From: Epithemia pelagica
Taxonomy: Eukaryota > Protista > Bacillariophyta
NCBI GenBank assembly: GCA_946965045.2
Contig: OX337242.1
Span: 2,666,001-2,730,000, forward strand
Length of the DNA: 64,000 nt
Direction: 5' to 3'
Shown here: piece by piece, positions 31,644 to 44,100 of the stretch
Position numbering within the stretch: position 1 is the first letter of the stretch
How the letters are laid out: each line of letters starts with the position of its first letter
Program-made: the position numbers and the translations under genes
Notes under the pieces: model-generated
Databases searched by the model: none
What the model saw: the letters and a program-made list of their open reading frames with translations, nothing else
Told to the model about the DNA's origin: nothing

Positions 31644-34600
31644 TCACCAACCAAGGACCCGTTTGCGTAGCCGCCTTAGTACATCCACTGCAAGTGGTTT
31701 GGTGAGATAGTCCGCCAATTGGTTTGTTGTGTCTACCGCATGTATGGATATCTTCCCTTCTTCCACGTAGGATCGGAAGTGGTGCAACTTGACATTGAGA
31801 TGTTTGGTGCGTGGTCTGAATTTGTATACTTGCGCCATCTCCAATGACCGCTGTTGTCTTCGAATACCTTACAATGCACTTCCGCCTTGGTGGTGTGGAT
31901 TTGGATTTGTTGCTCCTTCATCTCTTCTAGGAGTCGCATGAGTGGTATTGCGGCTCTGAGGGTGTACGATAGTCCCGTTTACTCGCTCTCCGTCGAACTC
32001 AGTGCGATTTCTGTCTGGAGCTGTGACTTCCATATGACAGGGCAGCCCATATAACGGATTATGTATCCGTGACGCGAGCGCGCTGTGTCCCTGTCTGTGC
32101 TTGCCGTCTCCTTATTCCAGTTCCCCGCGAAGTCAGCGTCGACGTACACTTCCAGTCCCAGTGCTGGGTTTGGGTGGAATGTCATTCCCTGCTCTCGAGT
32201 CCCTTTCAGGTATCTCGCTATCCATCGTACTGCTTCGCCTTGTGGTTTGCGTGGGTTTGACGCAAAGCGAGCGCATTGATGTGTCGCGTATGAGATGTCG
32301 CTCCTGAAACCTGCTTCCAGATAGTTCAACATCCCTACTATTGAGCGGTAATTGAATGACTCGTCGAAAGCCGGCTCGTCAAGGTGGCGATGCAAGATCT
32401 TTGATGACGCCATGGGATTGTCTTTTGTGGTTGTGTTGTCCTTGAAGTGAAGGGCCTGCAGTATCTTTTGGATAAGATGCGGCTGTGCGAATGTGATTCG
32501 TCCATCAGCATGTTTGGTGATGTTTACACCGAGGAAATCCTTAATGTTGCCTTCCACAGTGATGTTAAGCTTTGCCGCTTTGAGGTCGGCGATTACTTGA
32601 TCAATCTCCTGTTTGTCCGGCCCACATAGGATGCTGCCGTCTAAGTACAGTACATACACCACTGAACCACGGTAGAATACACATCCGTCTATGGTTGACT
32701 TGGTGAAGCCCACATCCTGTACCAGTCTCCTCGATAGGTGTTGGCACCATACTCTCCCGGCCTGTTTTTGGCCATACAAGTTGGCGTGGAGCTGGAGGGC
32801 GTAGTCCGTTTTGGATTTGCCTTTTTCCAGTTCATAGCCCCGGGGAATCTCCATATAGACCTCCCGTTCTACTGGCGCCTGTGGATATGCCAGTACGTAG
32901 TCTATTTGCGTCGTGTGCCAGTTGAAGGCCGACACCAATGCTAGCACGAGGCGAATTGATGCCCAGTTGGCCACGGGTGCATACGTTTGGTCGTAATCAC
33001 GCCCTTTCTCCATACGTGATCCGTCGAAGTTCAGCCTTGCCTTGTGTGCTTTTATGTCTCGTGTGATGATGTCGCGTTTTCGTTTCATCTGCCACACTGC
33101 TTTGAAGATTTTGGTCCCTTTGGGGACCTTGCTCCGGTGCACAATCGAGAAGTTCCCATCCTCCATCTGTCGGTCCATTTCCTTTTGTCGGTCCATTTCC
33201 TTTTGCATCCCCTGCACGAACTGGGCGCTGTCTTCCTGCGCCATCGCCTAGTGATGATACATTGTATCGGGGTCGGAAATTGCCGCCTTGAAGGCTATCG
33301 GGTTCAGCTTTGATTGTTGCTTTGTGGTTTTCTTTCGTTTCTTTCTCTCTTTTGCTCGCTGTTGCGCGGCCTCGTTCTTGATCATGGTCTTGTAGGCCAG
33401 TAGCCCGTCCTCGGCCACCATGTCATCTTGAGGGCAGAGGGTGGTGTATGTGAATATTTCGCCCGGGATCGTTTCCTCGTCCTCTGTTTCGGCGCTCATC
33501 ACCTCGATGAGTCGTTGTGTGGGCTTCCTGATCCTTCCGGATCTGGTACGAATGGTTGGTGTCTGGGGAGGAGCACTCGCTTCTCCCTCTGACTTTGCAC
33601 TTCTCTCCCTTCCTGGCTAGTCGCTGGAGTCTGTTGTGCGTTTTCAAGTTGTTCCATGGTTAGGTCTCCCTCTTGCGGCAGCGTCCCGTCCTGCATTGGG
33701 TCATAATCCTTTCGTCGTTGTTGTTGAGTGTTTGTTTTGCGCGTTCCCAGTTCCAATCCAGGCACGGCTCCCTCTTGCCGCCGGCTTCTCTTTGCCGTCT
33801 TCCTTCGTTTGGGTTGCTGGTCCTTATTCCCATTCGCCTTTCCTGTCGCCGTCTTGAAGAACGTGCTGACTTGCCAGTTCGCTTCGACCTTTTCTTGCTT
33901 CATCGTATCGAATCCTTTGTCGAACCGTACGTGAAACTGTGGGCTCACGTGTCCTGTGTGTCGATGCAACACAAGGGCCACGTTTCGGTTGTGGATTGGG
34001 GATTGGCCTAGGTAGATGCAAATTTGTGCCCTTTCCTTCCACTTGTGGTGCGGTTTTCCGGATTGCAGCGCCTCACTCAACACGTAAACTGGACAGCCGA
34101 ATGGTTTCCAGTGTTTTTGATTGATGTTGACGGGCGTCTGTGCCAAAAGTTGGATTGGTGCTTGCTTTGATAAATGCTGCATGTTCGGTGAGTTGTTGAT
34201 GCAGAGATTCGCTTGGCGCAGTGCGTACGGCCATAAATGTGCCGAGATTGCCTCTGGCCAGCGCTTGTGTGCGTGCATCAGCATTGTCCGTGCCATCTCT
34301 TGTAGCTCTCGAATCCGTCGTTCCGCCTTTCCGTTGGCGTGGTGTGCTCCGACTGCTGCAAACGTGAGTTCTTGTCCGTCCCTCTCGCAGCACTGGACCC
34401 ACGCCTTCGCCTTGAAAATTCCATTGTCCGCGTGGTATGCCTCGATCTTGATACCACGATTGAGTGCGTATCGCTCGAAGGCATTCTTTCCCTGGATTGT
34501 TTCGGCTGCCGTTGCTGTACGTTGCAGGTACACGAATCCGAGGGACGTTGCTTGGTCCACATAGACCGTTGCGTAGTTGTACCTCTGTTTTGTGAGGAAG

Positions 34601-36048
34601 CCCGTCATTTGGGCAATTAGTCCCGGGGTAGGAGACACGAGTTGGTCCACTGATACCACCTGGCCTGGCCTGGTTGGTTTTACCTCGGCCTCCCTGTCTC
34701 GGACTGTCTTCGATCGCCATGGCCTCTTTGTTGCTTTGGCGTATCCACATGCTGAGCATACTGGAACGTGACACTTTGCCAGCCGTCTTGGCAGCTGTCC
34801 GTCCTTGGCCATCTGTTGGAGCTTTGGAAATGGTAGGTGTCCAAAGTCGTAGTGGCACCTCAGTAGCTCGGCTTCCGCTGATGGGACCCGTTCCTCCTCA
34901 TCTGGGATGATGTCGGGTGTCTCCTCGAGTGTCGCTGCGTCTTTGGCGTTGATGTCGAACGTCCTGGGTGCCGGCGCTTCTCCATCTGCCGTGATTGGCT
35001 CCGACTCGTTCGGTTGTATGGCGCTGTGCCAGACTGGTGGCGGCGCTTCGTTTTCGGGTTCGATATCGTCGTTCTCCGATCCATCCTCGTCGTCCGAGAT
35101 TATGGATGGTTTTACTTCGATGTCGTTTTCCGTCAGTGGGTTGTTGTCGTACTCGGGGTCGTCTGTTCCGGCACACTTGCAGTACTGGTGGTACTTGTCG
35201 TATCCGCTCGCGAGACTGAACGTCGCCACGTTGTTGCCATATGACTCGATCGGGATCGTCCAGCGTGACTTCCGGTTGTTCCAAAAGAGGACGACTTCTG
35301 TTCCTGTGGTCGTCTCGCCTGCTCCTCCCCGTTTGTCGACGTTGTTGCGTGTTTGTACCCAGTGCTGCGGGCTCAGCAGTCGCACTCCTCCTTCTGGCAC
35401 GTAATACGAATTCGGTATGGTCATGTGGTGGACTTCGCCTTGATCGTCCTCCCATTTCCAATGAATTGTGCATTGCCACACGTTGAAAGTCCTCGTTCCA
35501 CCGAAGCCTTTGATTGCTCTTTTGCATGGGGTGATTGATCCTGGTATGTCTTCTCGCTTGTGCGTAATACATCCGGAACATCGATTGTCTATGCCAACCA
35601 TGCGCGAGTCTGAGTCAAAGGGTGCGCATTGTCTTGCGCTGCATTTGGCTGCCATGGCAAATATGGCTGCCATGCACTGTCGTTTTCGGTTGGAGCTTTT
35701 CATTCGCGTGTGTTTTCGGTGGTGTGCTTTTGCTTTGGTGTGGATCCTGTTGTCCAGCCATTCTGCTGCCGTTTCGGTTCCTCTCCCGATGTAGTGGAGT
35801 ATTTTCGACATCCATGCTTGTGCTGCCATGGTATTTTCGCTGTCCTCATCCTCGTTCCGTTCGACGATGGTTACTGCTGCGAGTATCATGTATTGGAGCA
35901 GTAGCTGGAGTGTCGTTAGGATGGTGCTTGCTGCTCTCTCTATGAGGATCGTGGCCACGATGTCTATGGCGGCTATGAAGGAGAGGGTGGAGTAGATGTT
36001 AACATAGATGGTTAATACATTTACTTTGGCCCACTCTCTCCATAACCG
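31644..36048 (-). pseudogene. Copia-A pol (protease, integrase, RT, RNase H), disabled
   Basis: Motifs GIDNRCSG, HYDFGH..C..C, SVDQL/ADNG/AERRIRE, KARLNFDG, YLDG, YVDADF, ADYLTK. Frameshift upstream of ~33550, TAG at 33248-33250, TAA at 31979-31981, 1-nt frameshift near 31845, 18-bp duplication (KEMDRQ x2). Confidence 0.92.
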
Positions 36049-36051
36049 TCA
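35980..36051 (-). promoter_or_regulatory. Candidate stop-codon readthrough signal of Copia-A: UGA-CGG plus downstream stem-loop
   Basis: gag TGA (36051-36049) is in frame with pol. After a 7-nt spacer, arm GGAGAGAGUGG (36041-36031) pairs with CCACCCUCUCC (35990-35980), 10/11. Confidence 0.72.
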
Positions 36052-37560
36052 TTCGTAGTCCGAGTCTTCTTGTTCTTCGATGAGCGTCTCGTGTGCCGCT
36101 GCCAGCTTGAGCGCCCCATCCTTGGTCTTCTTTTCCTTCTGTCCTTCCTTCTTGGAGGAGTCCTTCTTTGCCGCGTATTCTTGGCATTCGGACGGCTTGT
36201 GGGTCCTCCAGCGTCCGTCACACTTGCCCTTGGTTTCACTGGAGCACCAATACCATTTGGTGCCATTCCATGTCCGGAACTTGTGCATTTTGTCCGCCTT
36301 CGGTTTCTCGTTATTTTTGAGCCACGCTGGTTTCTCCGGTTTCGTTGGGGCTCCATGTTTGTCGTTGCTCGATTTCTTTGCTGAGCCTTACTTCTTGCTC
36401 TCGAATTTTGTGCCCTTTGACGGTGCTCGTTTCTTCAGCGATTGCACCTCCGCTTGTAGGGCTAGCACTTCCTTCTGGTGCTGCGTGGGTTGCTTCCACT
36501 CGTCCCTCGTGACTTGTTTCTTGTAAAAGTTCACTGCCTTGATCATTAAATTGCGTGCTGCGGTGATGGTCGCTGTCCCATCCTCGTATCCGTCTTCCAC
36601 TTGTTGGATGTACGCTGCGAATCGCTCGTCGTTGACGGCCTTGTATCCCTTGAAGAGATTGACGATCAGGTCTGACGATGCTTGTCCGCGCGATGATAGG
36701 CCGTCCACTTGACTCTGAACATACGCATTGAATGCGATAATGTCACTGCCGTTAGTTTCGATGTACTTGTCAAGGCTGGACAAGTTGAGTCGCAGTGTCG
36801 AGACTGTGGCGTGGGAGTCAAGGTAGCTCTCTCGTACCACTACCTTGAATAGGCAGCCTCCCGCGTCCAGGCCATTCACTTGAGTCTGCTCCTTCCAGAT
36901 TTGGATTCGCTGAATTCCTGTTGGTGACAGGGAATTCATGATCAAGTCATAGAGCATCTTGGAGCCTTGGCTTTTTCGACTGTTCCCTGCGATGAAGGAT
37001 TGCTCCCATGCCGTTACATGGGCCAGAGTCACCCTCCCGTAGTCGTTGATGAGGTCGACTTGGTTTGCTCCTGGTGTTGCGAGGTCCAGTGGGACCTTTG
37101 CGTTTGATCCATCCTCCAACATTCCCAAATCTTGTGTCCGAGTATTCAGCAGGTTGATGAATAGTTGGAACCGACTCGGTTCCACATCAAACTTTTCGTC
37201 CGTACTAAACAAGGAGCGAGTGGCTTGCTCGCAGTATTTTCGGCCTTGTTTGGTACTGAAATCAAGTTGCTGTCCGATTCCGGCTCGGAGTGGGGTCCTT
37301 AGGAATGGTCCTGGTCCTCCTCCTCCTGGTGCTCCGCCTCCTGCGCCCCCTGCTGCTACAGCAGCGGCAGCTGCATTCGCGGCGGCGTTCGCAATGGCTT
37401 GCTGGATTGCTTGCGTGGCTGCTCCCAATGCTCCCACGATTGCAGCTGCTACGGCTCCTAGTGGTGCTGGTCCTCCGCCTCCGCCTCCGCCTTCTGGTGG
37501 TGCTCCATCACCATCACCACCGCCACTTCCTGGTGCAGCAGCGCCGTCTCTGCCGTCCAT
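36049..37560 (-). pseudogene. Copia-A gag with premature in-frame TAA at 36388-36390
   Basis: Homologous along its length to the intact gag at 59547..60950. The C-x7-C-x6-H-x4-C knuckle lies downstream of the stop, in the same frame. Confidence 0.9.
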
Positions 37561-37627
37561 TCTTGCTTGCCTGCGAGTCCGTATCTTGTAATACCCTTGT
37601 AGTTCCCTTCAAATCCTGGTTTCGTTA

Positions 37628-37641
37628 GCGCAGAGGAAGCG
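37628..37641 (-). promoter_or_regulatory. Primer-binding site of Copia-A, complementary to the D-arm of initiator tRNA-Met
   Basis: CGCTTCCTCTGCGC directly follows the 5' LTR; the identical 14-mer follows the LTR of Copia-C. Confidence 0.7.
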
Positions 37642-37853
37642 TGTTGAAATCCAACTGTCGTCTCCGTAAAGCTGGATGGGCTAAAAGGGATGAACTTAAA
37701 AGGGGAAAAGAGTATTATAACGTTACGTTGACGGCGTCCCTTGACGATGTGTTGGTGCGTAATTGGTAGGGTATGTCAGGCGGAAAGTGCCCTTTGATGA
37801 CGTGTGCGTCCGGGGGATGTCCCCGAAGCACCGGGTGACCCAATATCTTCACA
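37642..37853 (-). repeat. 5' LTR of Copia-A (212 bp)
   Basis: TG..CA termini; 209/212 identical to the left LTR. Confidence 0.96.
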
Positions 37854-38155
37854 TGCTGCTGCTGTTAGGGCGGTGTCGGCTGCGTCGGCTGCACGGTTGG
37901 CAGACAACAAGAGCAAGAAAAACAACCACAACAACAACAAGAAAAAAGTCAAGAACTCCTATCGTTTCGCAGCAACTCTTCCACTACCTAGTATTACTAC
38001 TACCTACAGGTAGGACGGCGGAACCACACATTCCAAATGGCCCATTATTGGGGTTCGTGTGGGCCAACTCTCCTCTACTACCTAGGAAAGAAGTTGTTCT
38101 GGTTTGTAGAATTCCGTCAGTACACGCTCTAGAAGAGCCACAATCGATTACCAAC

Positions 38156-41100
38156 TGATACCAAGGTTCTCCACGGGTCAGAGAACAAAGGAAACCCAAG
38201 GGTTCTATCGTAGGGATAGTCAGGACACTGAAGACGTGATGATATGGTAATGTTAATGATTGTGAGCTTACTACTAGGTTTGGTGTGTGAGGTTTCCATT
38301 CTTGTTGTCGATCGTGTGAAATAGGTTCTTGGCGGTGATAGGACTGGAATGGTTGGAGTTGATGTATGTGAGGTATATAACATGTATATGTGTTTGTATA
38401 TCATATACAGCCTCAACGATTCTTGGCTAAAGTTGGTATATGTAGTTTTGTTGGCGCGTCCTTGTTTGCAATCTTGAAATAGTGGGAACGATGATATGGT
38501 CTCGCGTGATCGTGATTCGTGCCTTGTGTACTTAGACCGTTGGGTCGGATACATGTTCGCCACGCTCGGATAGTTCTTGCGCGCGTCTTGACGAATTTGG
38601 GCGCGCACGCTTACGGCATAGGTCAGGCTCGGATGTTCAACGGATGATCGTCCGTTGATGGGATATCAAGACCAAAGTTGATTCTTGATAGCACGTTCGT
38701 CAATCTGTTCTCACTTTTTGGTATATGCGACCGAAATATAGGTTGAGCTAGCGCGAAGCTAGGTATGAAGTGTGGATGTAGGTGATGTAGGTGATGTAGG
38801 TGATGTTTGAAGCCACGGGACTCGACTAACCGATGAGGTGCCGAACCTAACCGATGATTTTCGGTGAGATTTCTTCTGCTCCCCACAGCTCGTTGGTTCA
38901 GCCTTGTCATCGCTGGATTCGTAGAGATCTTGAACTTCTCCTCTCCAAAACAATAGGGGCTTGAGTAGAGGCCAAATGGTTGCAAACTCCCAATGCTTGC
39001 TGAGGATGTCGGCAGGGTTGGTCTTCCCATCCTTCCAATAGAATGTAACGTATTGCGCTGCTATCGCTTCTCGTACCCGGTGATATGAAAGGAGATGATG
39101 TCTCTTGGACAAAATAGAATGAGGCATTGTTGCGTTAACAACCACAGATCGATTGTCTCCAAACAGATAACTGCGATCCCTGATTGGTACTCCAAGGTAA
39201 CGAAGTGAATGCCGTAATTCAGTAATTTGGTCGACTGCTGTCCTTGCTGCCACAAATTCTGATCCATATGTTGCCGTTTCCACAGTGCTCTGTTGTTTGC
39301 TGTACCAATCAATTGGTGTCCCATTCAAGAGATGCAGGATGGCTGTTACAGACTTTCCTGTGATCATGTCGTGCATAAGGTTAGCATCAACATAGTGCGT
39401 TGTCGTCACATATCGTCCAAGTGGTTCTGGGCAATCATGAGGGATGTATTCCTTGGCATCTGAATAGACCGTACGACTCCAATCAAAGTCTTGACTTGGA
39501 ATGCTTGAGAAATCGGGCTCTCCGATTCGGAATCTGATTGCACCATCAGAAAGATTGAAAAGGTATCCATAGATGCGTTTAGCTCTGTTGAGATGTCCCT
39601 GTCTTGGAGCTGCGCGGAACCTGGAAAGGGTCATCGTAGCAGTAAAAACATCAAAGCGACCAATCGTAATCACCCACTGAAGCTGTCCAATCAAGGTCTG
39701 GAAGTGCTGTGTACCTTCTTCATCAAGGAGTTTGGTGTCGTCCAATTCCGGGTGATCACCAGCAATGAGAGGGGTTTTAGCCTTCTTGGGTTTCTCTTTG
39801 AAGATACGTTCGAAGGTGTCCATCATTTTGCTAATGTATCGGCGTGGATCAGAGACTAGGGTTCCGTCAGGGTCCTTGGTGTACCGGCATCCCAGGTGAT
39901 AGTCAATAGGTCCATCTCCCTTAAGCTTGAAGTTGTACTTTTCCTTGAAGACTTTGCAAATGTTTCCAGGGTCAGTAGCTATGATGGCTAAGTCATCCAC
40001 ATATACGGCGATGTATTCGTAGCAATCCTCCCCAGGTGCTTTTCTCATCCAAATGTCAGGATCTGCCTTGCTTGGTGAGAAACCCATATCGGTGAGGACG
40101 TCAAAAAGGACATCATGCCATCGTGCGCCTGAAGATTTGAGACCATAGATGGCCTTGTAGATGATGAGGATGTGACCTTCTAGCTCCTTGAACTCGGGTC
40201 CTGCCACAATATATAACTTCTCCCCAGTCAATGCTTCAAGATACGCATTCCCAATGTCTGCTCCCCATACTTCTAGATCGTTCAGAGATCCAAGGAATTA
40301 AGCAATTCGTAGGTTGCGAATAGAAACAACTCCAGAGTAGATTGTTTCCACAGGTTCCTTCGTCAAGTGTCCATCTGCAACAAGTCGTGCCTTGTGCCAA
40401 CCATCATGTTTCACATCAAAAACGAGATGCACTCGAATCTTTTGATATCCCTCAGGTGCATTTGATACCTTGCCATTTGTGAAGATCGCCTTCCCATGGT
40501 CCTTGAATGTCTCATATGATTGTATCTGAGACAGTTCCAATTCAGTTGCGTCTTGCCACCTTGTGGTACCATTTTGTTTGTCATGATTGACAGCCTCGGC
40601 GTAATCTCGAGGGACTTGGAATCCAAACTTATACTTGACTGAGCGACGTACTTGTTTGATCCTTGATTGTTTTGCAGCACGTATCAGGCGTTTACTCGTC
40701 TTGACGTAGCGTTTCAGGTCTTTCCATCCTGGTTCGTTGAGGAGCCCATGCTTCTTTCCATATATGGCAACGGTGATTGGGTCGTCGTTGGCAATAAGGG
40801 AGAGTGGTTCATAGGTTGTCTCCCCAGTTTCCCAATCCACAAGCAAGTTATACTTACTCCCCTTATAATCCGGGTCGGTTGAAGACAGTGGGCCTTGATG
40901 TGCAATAACATCCCTGAAACGGAACAAATTATTTCCCGAGGTCTGCGCTTGATTGTCCCTCTCAATATACTCCATCAACTGGTTATAAGAGATCATTTGC
41001 GGTAGATGTACTTGATGCGTTCTTCTTGCTTGAGTGATTCTTCATTAAGATCTACAACTCGTTTGACAACGCGTGCTCGATGACGCTCCCCATTTTCTTC

Positions 41101-44100
41101 AGTGTCGCATAGGAAAGTGCGTCCTATCATGTCTTCGTAATCGATTGTAGGCATTGGTTTGGATGGATCTTCACTTTTACTGCGAATGAAGACAGTGTCA
41201 GCCTGCTTATCAGTGTCATCTTTCGGAGACGTCTCCCCTGAAGGTCGATCCACACGAAGGTTGGGTGTAGTGGAAGCGACACGGCGAACAGCGGAACGGT
41301 AGAGGATATGGTTGTCAGCAGACAAAATCTTCCATGTAAAAGCATCACCAACGTTGTGAGCAAAACCAACCCAATGGCCAAGTTTCTCACTGGTCGAAGA
41401 AGGGTAGGGACCAGACGACGGTTCGGAGGGGTCAACACGATAGTAGACTTCATCCCAGAAGGGAAAGAACAGGAGGTGCGAAATGTCGGGAGGGTGACCG
41501 GTGAGAGCCTCAACAATAGGAGTACGTCCAGAGTGTGCATGTGAAGAAGAATGATTCAATAAGTCACAGACATATTCAAGGCAAAGTAACCAAACATTGG
41601 CCGGGCATCCAGTTGCATTCATGATAGCGTTCGTCATTCGTTTAACGGTCTGATAACGATTCTCGGCTTTGTTCTGATGCTGGTGGTATGGTTCAGAGCG
41701 ATACTCCCCGATGAGCAAGGTGCGAAGGATATCCTTAACCTTATGGGAAATGAGAGATGAACCCCCGTCACTAATGAGTGTCTCCATAACACCTCGCATG
41801 CGTATATTGTCTTGAAGAGTGTTCACAAATTGCTTGGTAGACTTGATACCGTAAATATCAGTGACAAGAGTATCGCGCCCAACAAAAATTTGAGCCACCT
41901 TTCCACCATGATCAACAGCAGGTGTATCAGAAAAGATCGAATCGGTAGCAACGGGTTCATGACGACGTGGTAGATTCAGGATAGGGTTGCGTGCCTTGAA
42001 ATGTTTCTTGAGAGTGTCACAGTCAAAAATCACATTAGCATGTCGTGTAGTATGCTTGAAAGTATTGGCAATAACTTCCTCGGATTGCCAACCAAAGAAG
42101 GGACGAAATTGTTTCCAATCATGTTCTTCCACAAAACGACGATGGACAGATGCATGTTGAAGGGTTGGGTCTTCACCATTAGCATCAGCATAGATAGAGA
42201 AATATGTGGTGTTGTCGGGTCCGTGGTCATAAGGAAGGTCAAGGAGGAGATTGAGATTGCAGACAACACGATCAGTGTACTCCCCATACGTGTCATATGG
42301 ATAACGTGCCATACTGCCATCGGTCGCAACCTGATGCCATGTAGTAGAAGCATCATGCTGTGGATCTGAATGAGTATGGTCAAGAACAGAGGGGTCCCAA
42401 GTAGATGGCGAAGTAAAGTTGATTTGCGGCAATCGGTCCATGTCATCATCAGAAGGAATACCTAATGAGTGGATAAAGGCAAGTCCATCCTTGATACATA
42501 GAGGTAAAGCACGTCCATCAAGGGTAGTGATACGTTGCTTTCCATCCACCTTGACAGAACGTTCATCCACAGATAGCCCATAATGTTCCAATTGACAAGG
42601 CGCATGTATAGACTGTCCTTTTCCATAGTATGCATATTCGTTGAAGGTGCCAACGATTGGTCCATCATTAGTTTCAAACTTGGCAGCACAAGTGACAATG
42701 GGGAGACCAGTAACTTCATGGTTGTCGATTCCCACAATCGTGATGTTACGACCTGTCTTGGAAAGTATACGCATATCAGCTCCGGCTAAACCACCATTGG
42801 CACCACGATCAATGAGTTGATTCCCAGTATAAGTCGACTTTCGAGAGAACATATATTGAGTCATGTGGACCTTCTGCTTGTGCTCATTCTGATTGAAACT
42901 AACTTTCTTACTCGTCTTGGATGCGGCATTGGATAGAACATTAGACAAATCAGAAGCTGGGTGATTGAGGTCGGTTGACGTCATTGCTTGATGGATGAGA
43001 TGGGTGGCTGGATCAGAATCATCCTGCGGATATGTGGGGTTGTCCAGGTCATCGAAAACATCTTGACCAGGGTCAGGATCAGGTTCAGGATCAATGTCAA
43101 GGGAGTGTTGCTGTACCTTTCTTGGACTCGGAGTAGAAGCTTGCACGTTCTTGTTATACTCAACAATTATCTTGCGAGCATCCTCAGGAAGTTTAAACCA
43201 TAGGTCACGAGGAAGACTGGCTTTTGGAGATGCCATGTTATCATCTTGGACATTGGTATTGTTTATCTGATATGCATCATCTTCCTGAAGGGATCCCTCA
43301 ATATCATGTTGTGTTTCGTGTTGCTCGTGTTGCTTGACACTACGACGACGACCAGTTGCAGAAGATTGCGTGACTTGATCATGGTCATATGCTGCGTCCA
43401 TCAAAATGGAGAAGTACGACTGATAACATAAAGACTTTGCTCCAGACTTTGTGTTGACGACGTTGTCCAAGATTTTAACTCTGCGAAGGTCAGGTACCTT
43501 GTCGACAGCTTGCATAAGAAACGTCATCCTGGTGTGATCAGGTATGCGATCAGAGAGATCAACAAGGTTATCGAGTAAACGTAGTTTGTCTTGGAAATGA
43601 AGCAAGAATTGACGTGATGATCCACGCCATGTATCATCGAGGCGAAGGTTGGAGATGTAATTGGTTAATCGTAAGACCTCTCGTTTTGCTAAGTCTGACT
43701 TCGTATGCAATGTGTGAAGCTTCTGTAACACTGCTCGTGCGTCTTTATCATGCTCATGTTCGCGAACATAAGCTCTTCCTTGATCAGTTTGGATGATGCG
43801 CACAAAGACGGAGTATAGGAAGATTTGCTGCTCTTGGAAAAGTTCTGTTGCATACGTATCATTTGTCGGCGGCTTGTATCGGAAGTCAAGAACATTAGAT
43901 AAACCTTGGGCTTTTGCTGTGGTCTTGAAAGTCCTCCAGAACGTGTCGTAGTATCGTTCATCCTTGAATGTTTCATATGCCATAGTGTCACGCTTGGTTC
44001 CCTTCTTGAATGCGGTTAGGTCCAGTTGGGACTGTGATGCAGCAGAAGTAGTACTAAACGATTTGGGTGACGTCGAATGGGATGGAGATTTCATAGGTGA

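Larger units (their letters stand above)
31395..37853 (-). mobile_element. Full-length but decayed Ty1/Copia LTR retrotransposon (Copia-A, diatom CoDi-like), 6459 bp
   Basis: Paired 212-bp TG..CA LTRs. Order gag-PR-INT-RT-RH on the minus strand. PPT next to the left LTR, PBS next to the right LTR. TGCTGC flanks both sides. Confidence 0.96.

Noticed and set aside
37626-37643. tRNA gene
   Set aside because: Only the D-arm/A-box-like 18 nt is present, with no anticodon arm, T-arm or acceptor stem; interpreted as a PBS
31395-37853. Apparent paradox of 98.6% identical LTRs with at least five disabling lesions
   Set aside because: About 0.7% divergence per copy over ~6 kb would give tens of mutations, so a few nonsense codons and indels fit neutral decay
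38155-38163. TGGTATCAG (minus strand) resembling a canonical tRNA-Met PBS
   Set aside because: It lies at the 3' terminus of Copia-B, overlapping the end and flank, not downstream of a 5' LTR; the match stops after 9 nt
38129-38608. 159-aa ORF in the Copia-B 3' terminal region
   Set aside because: No ATG-supported start or motif; the region looks like LTR promoter sequence
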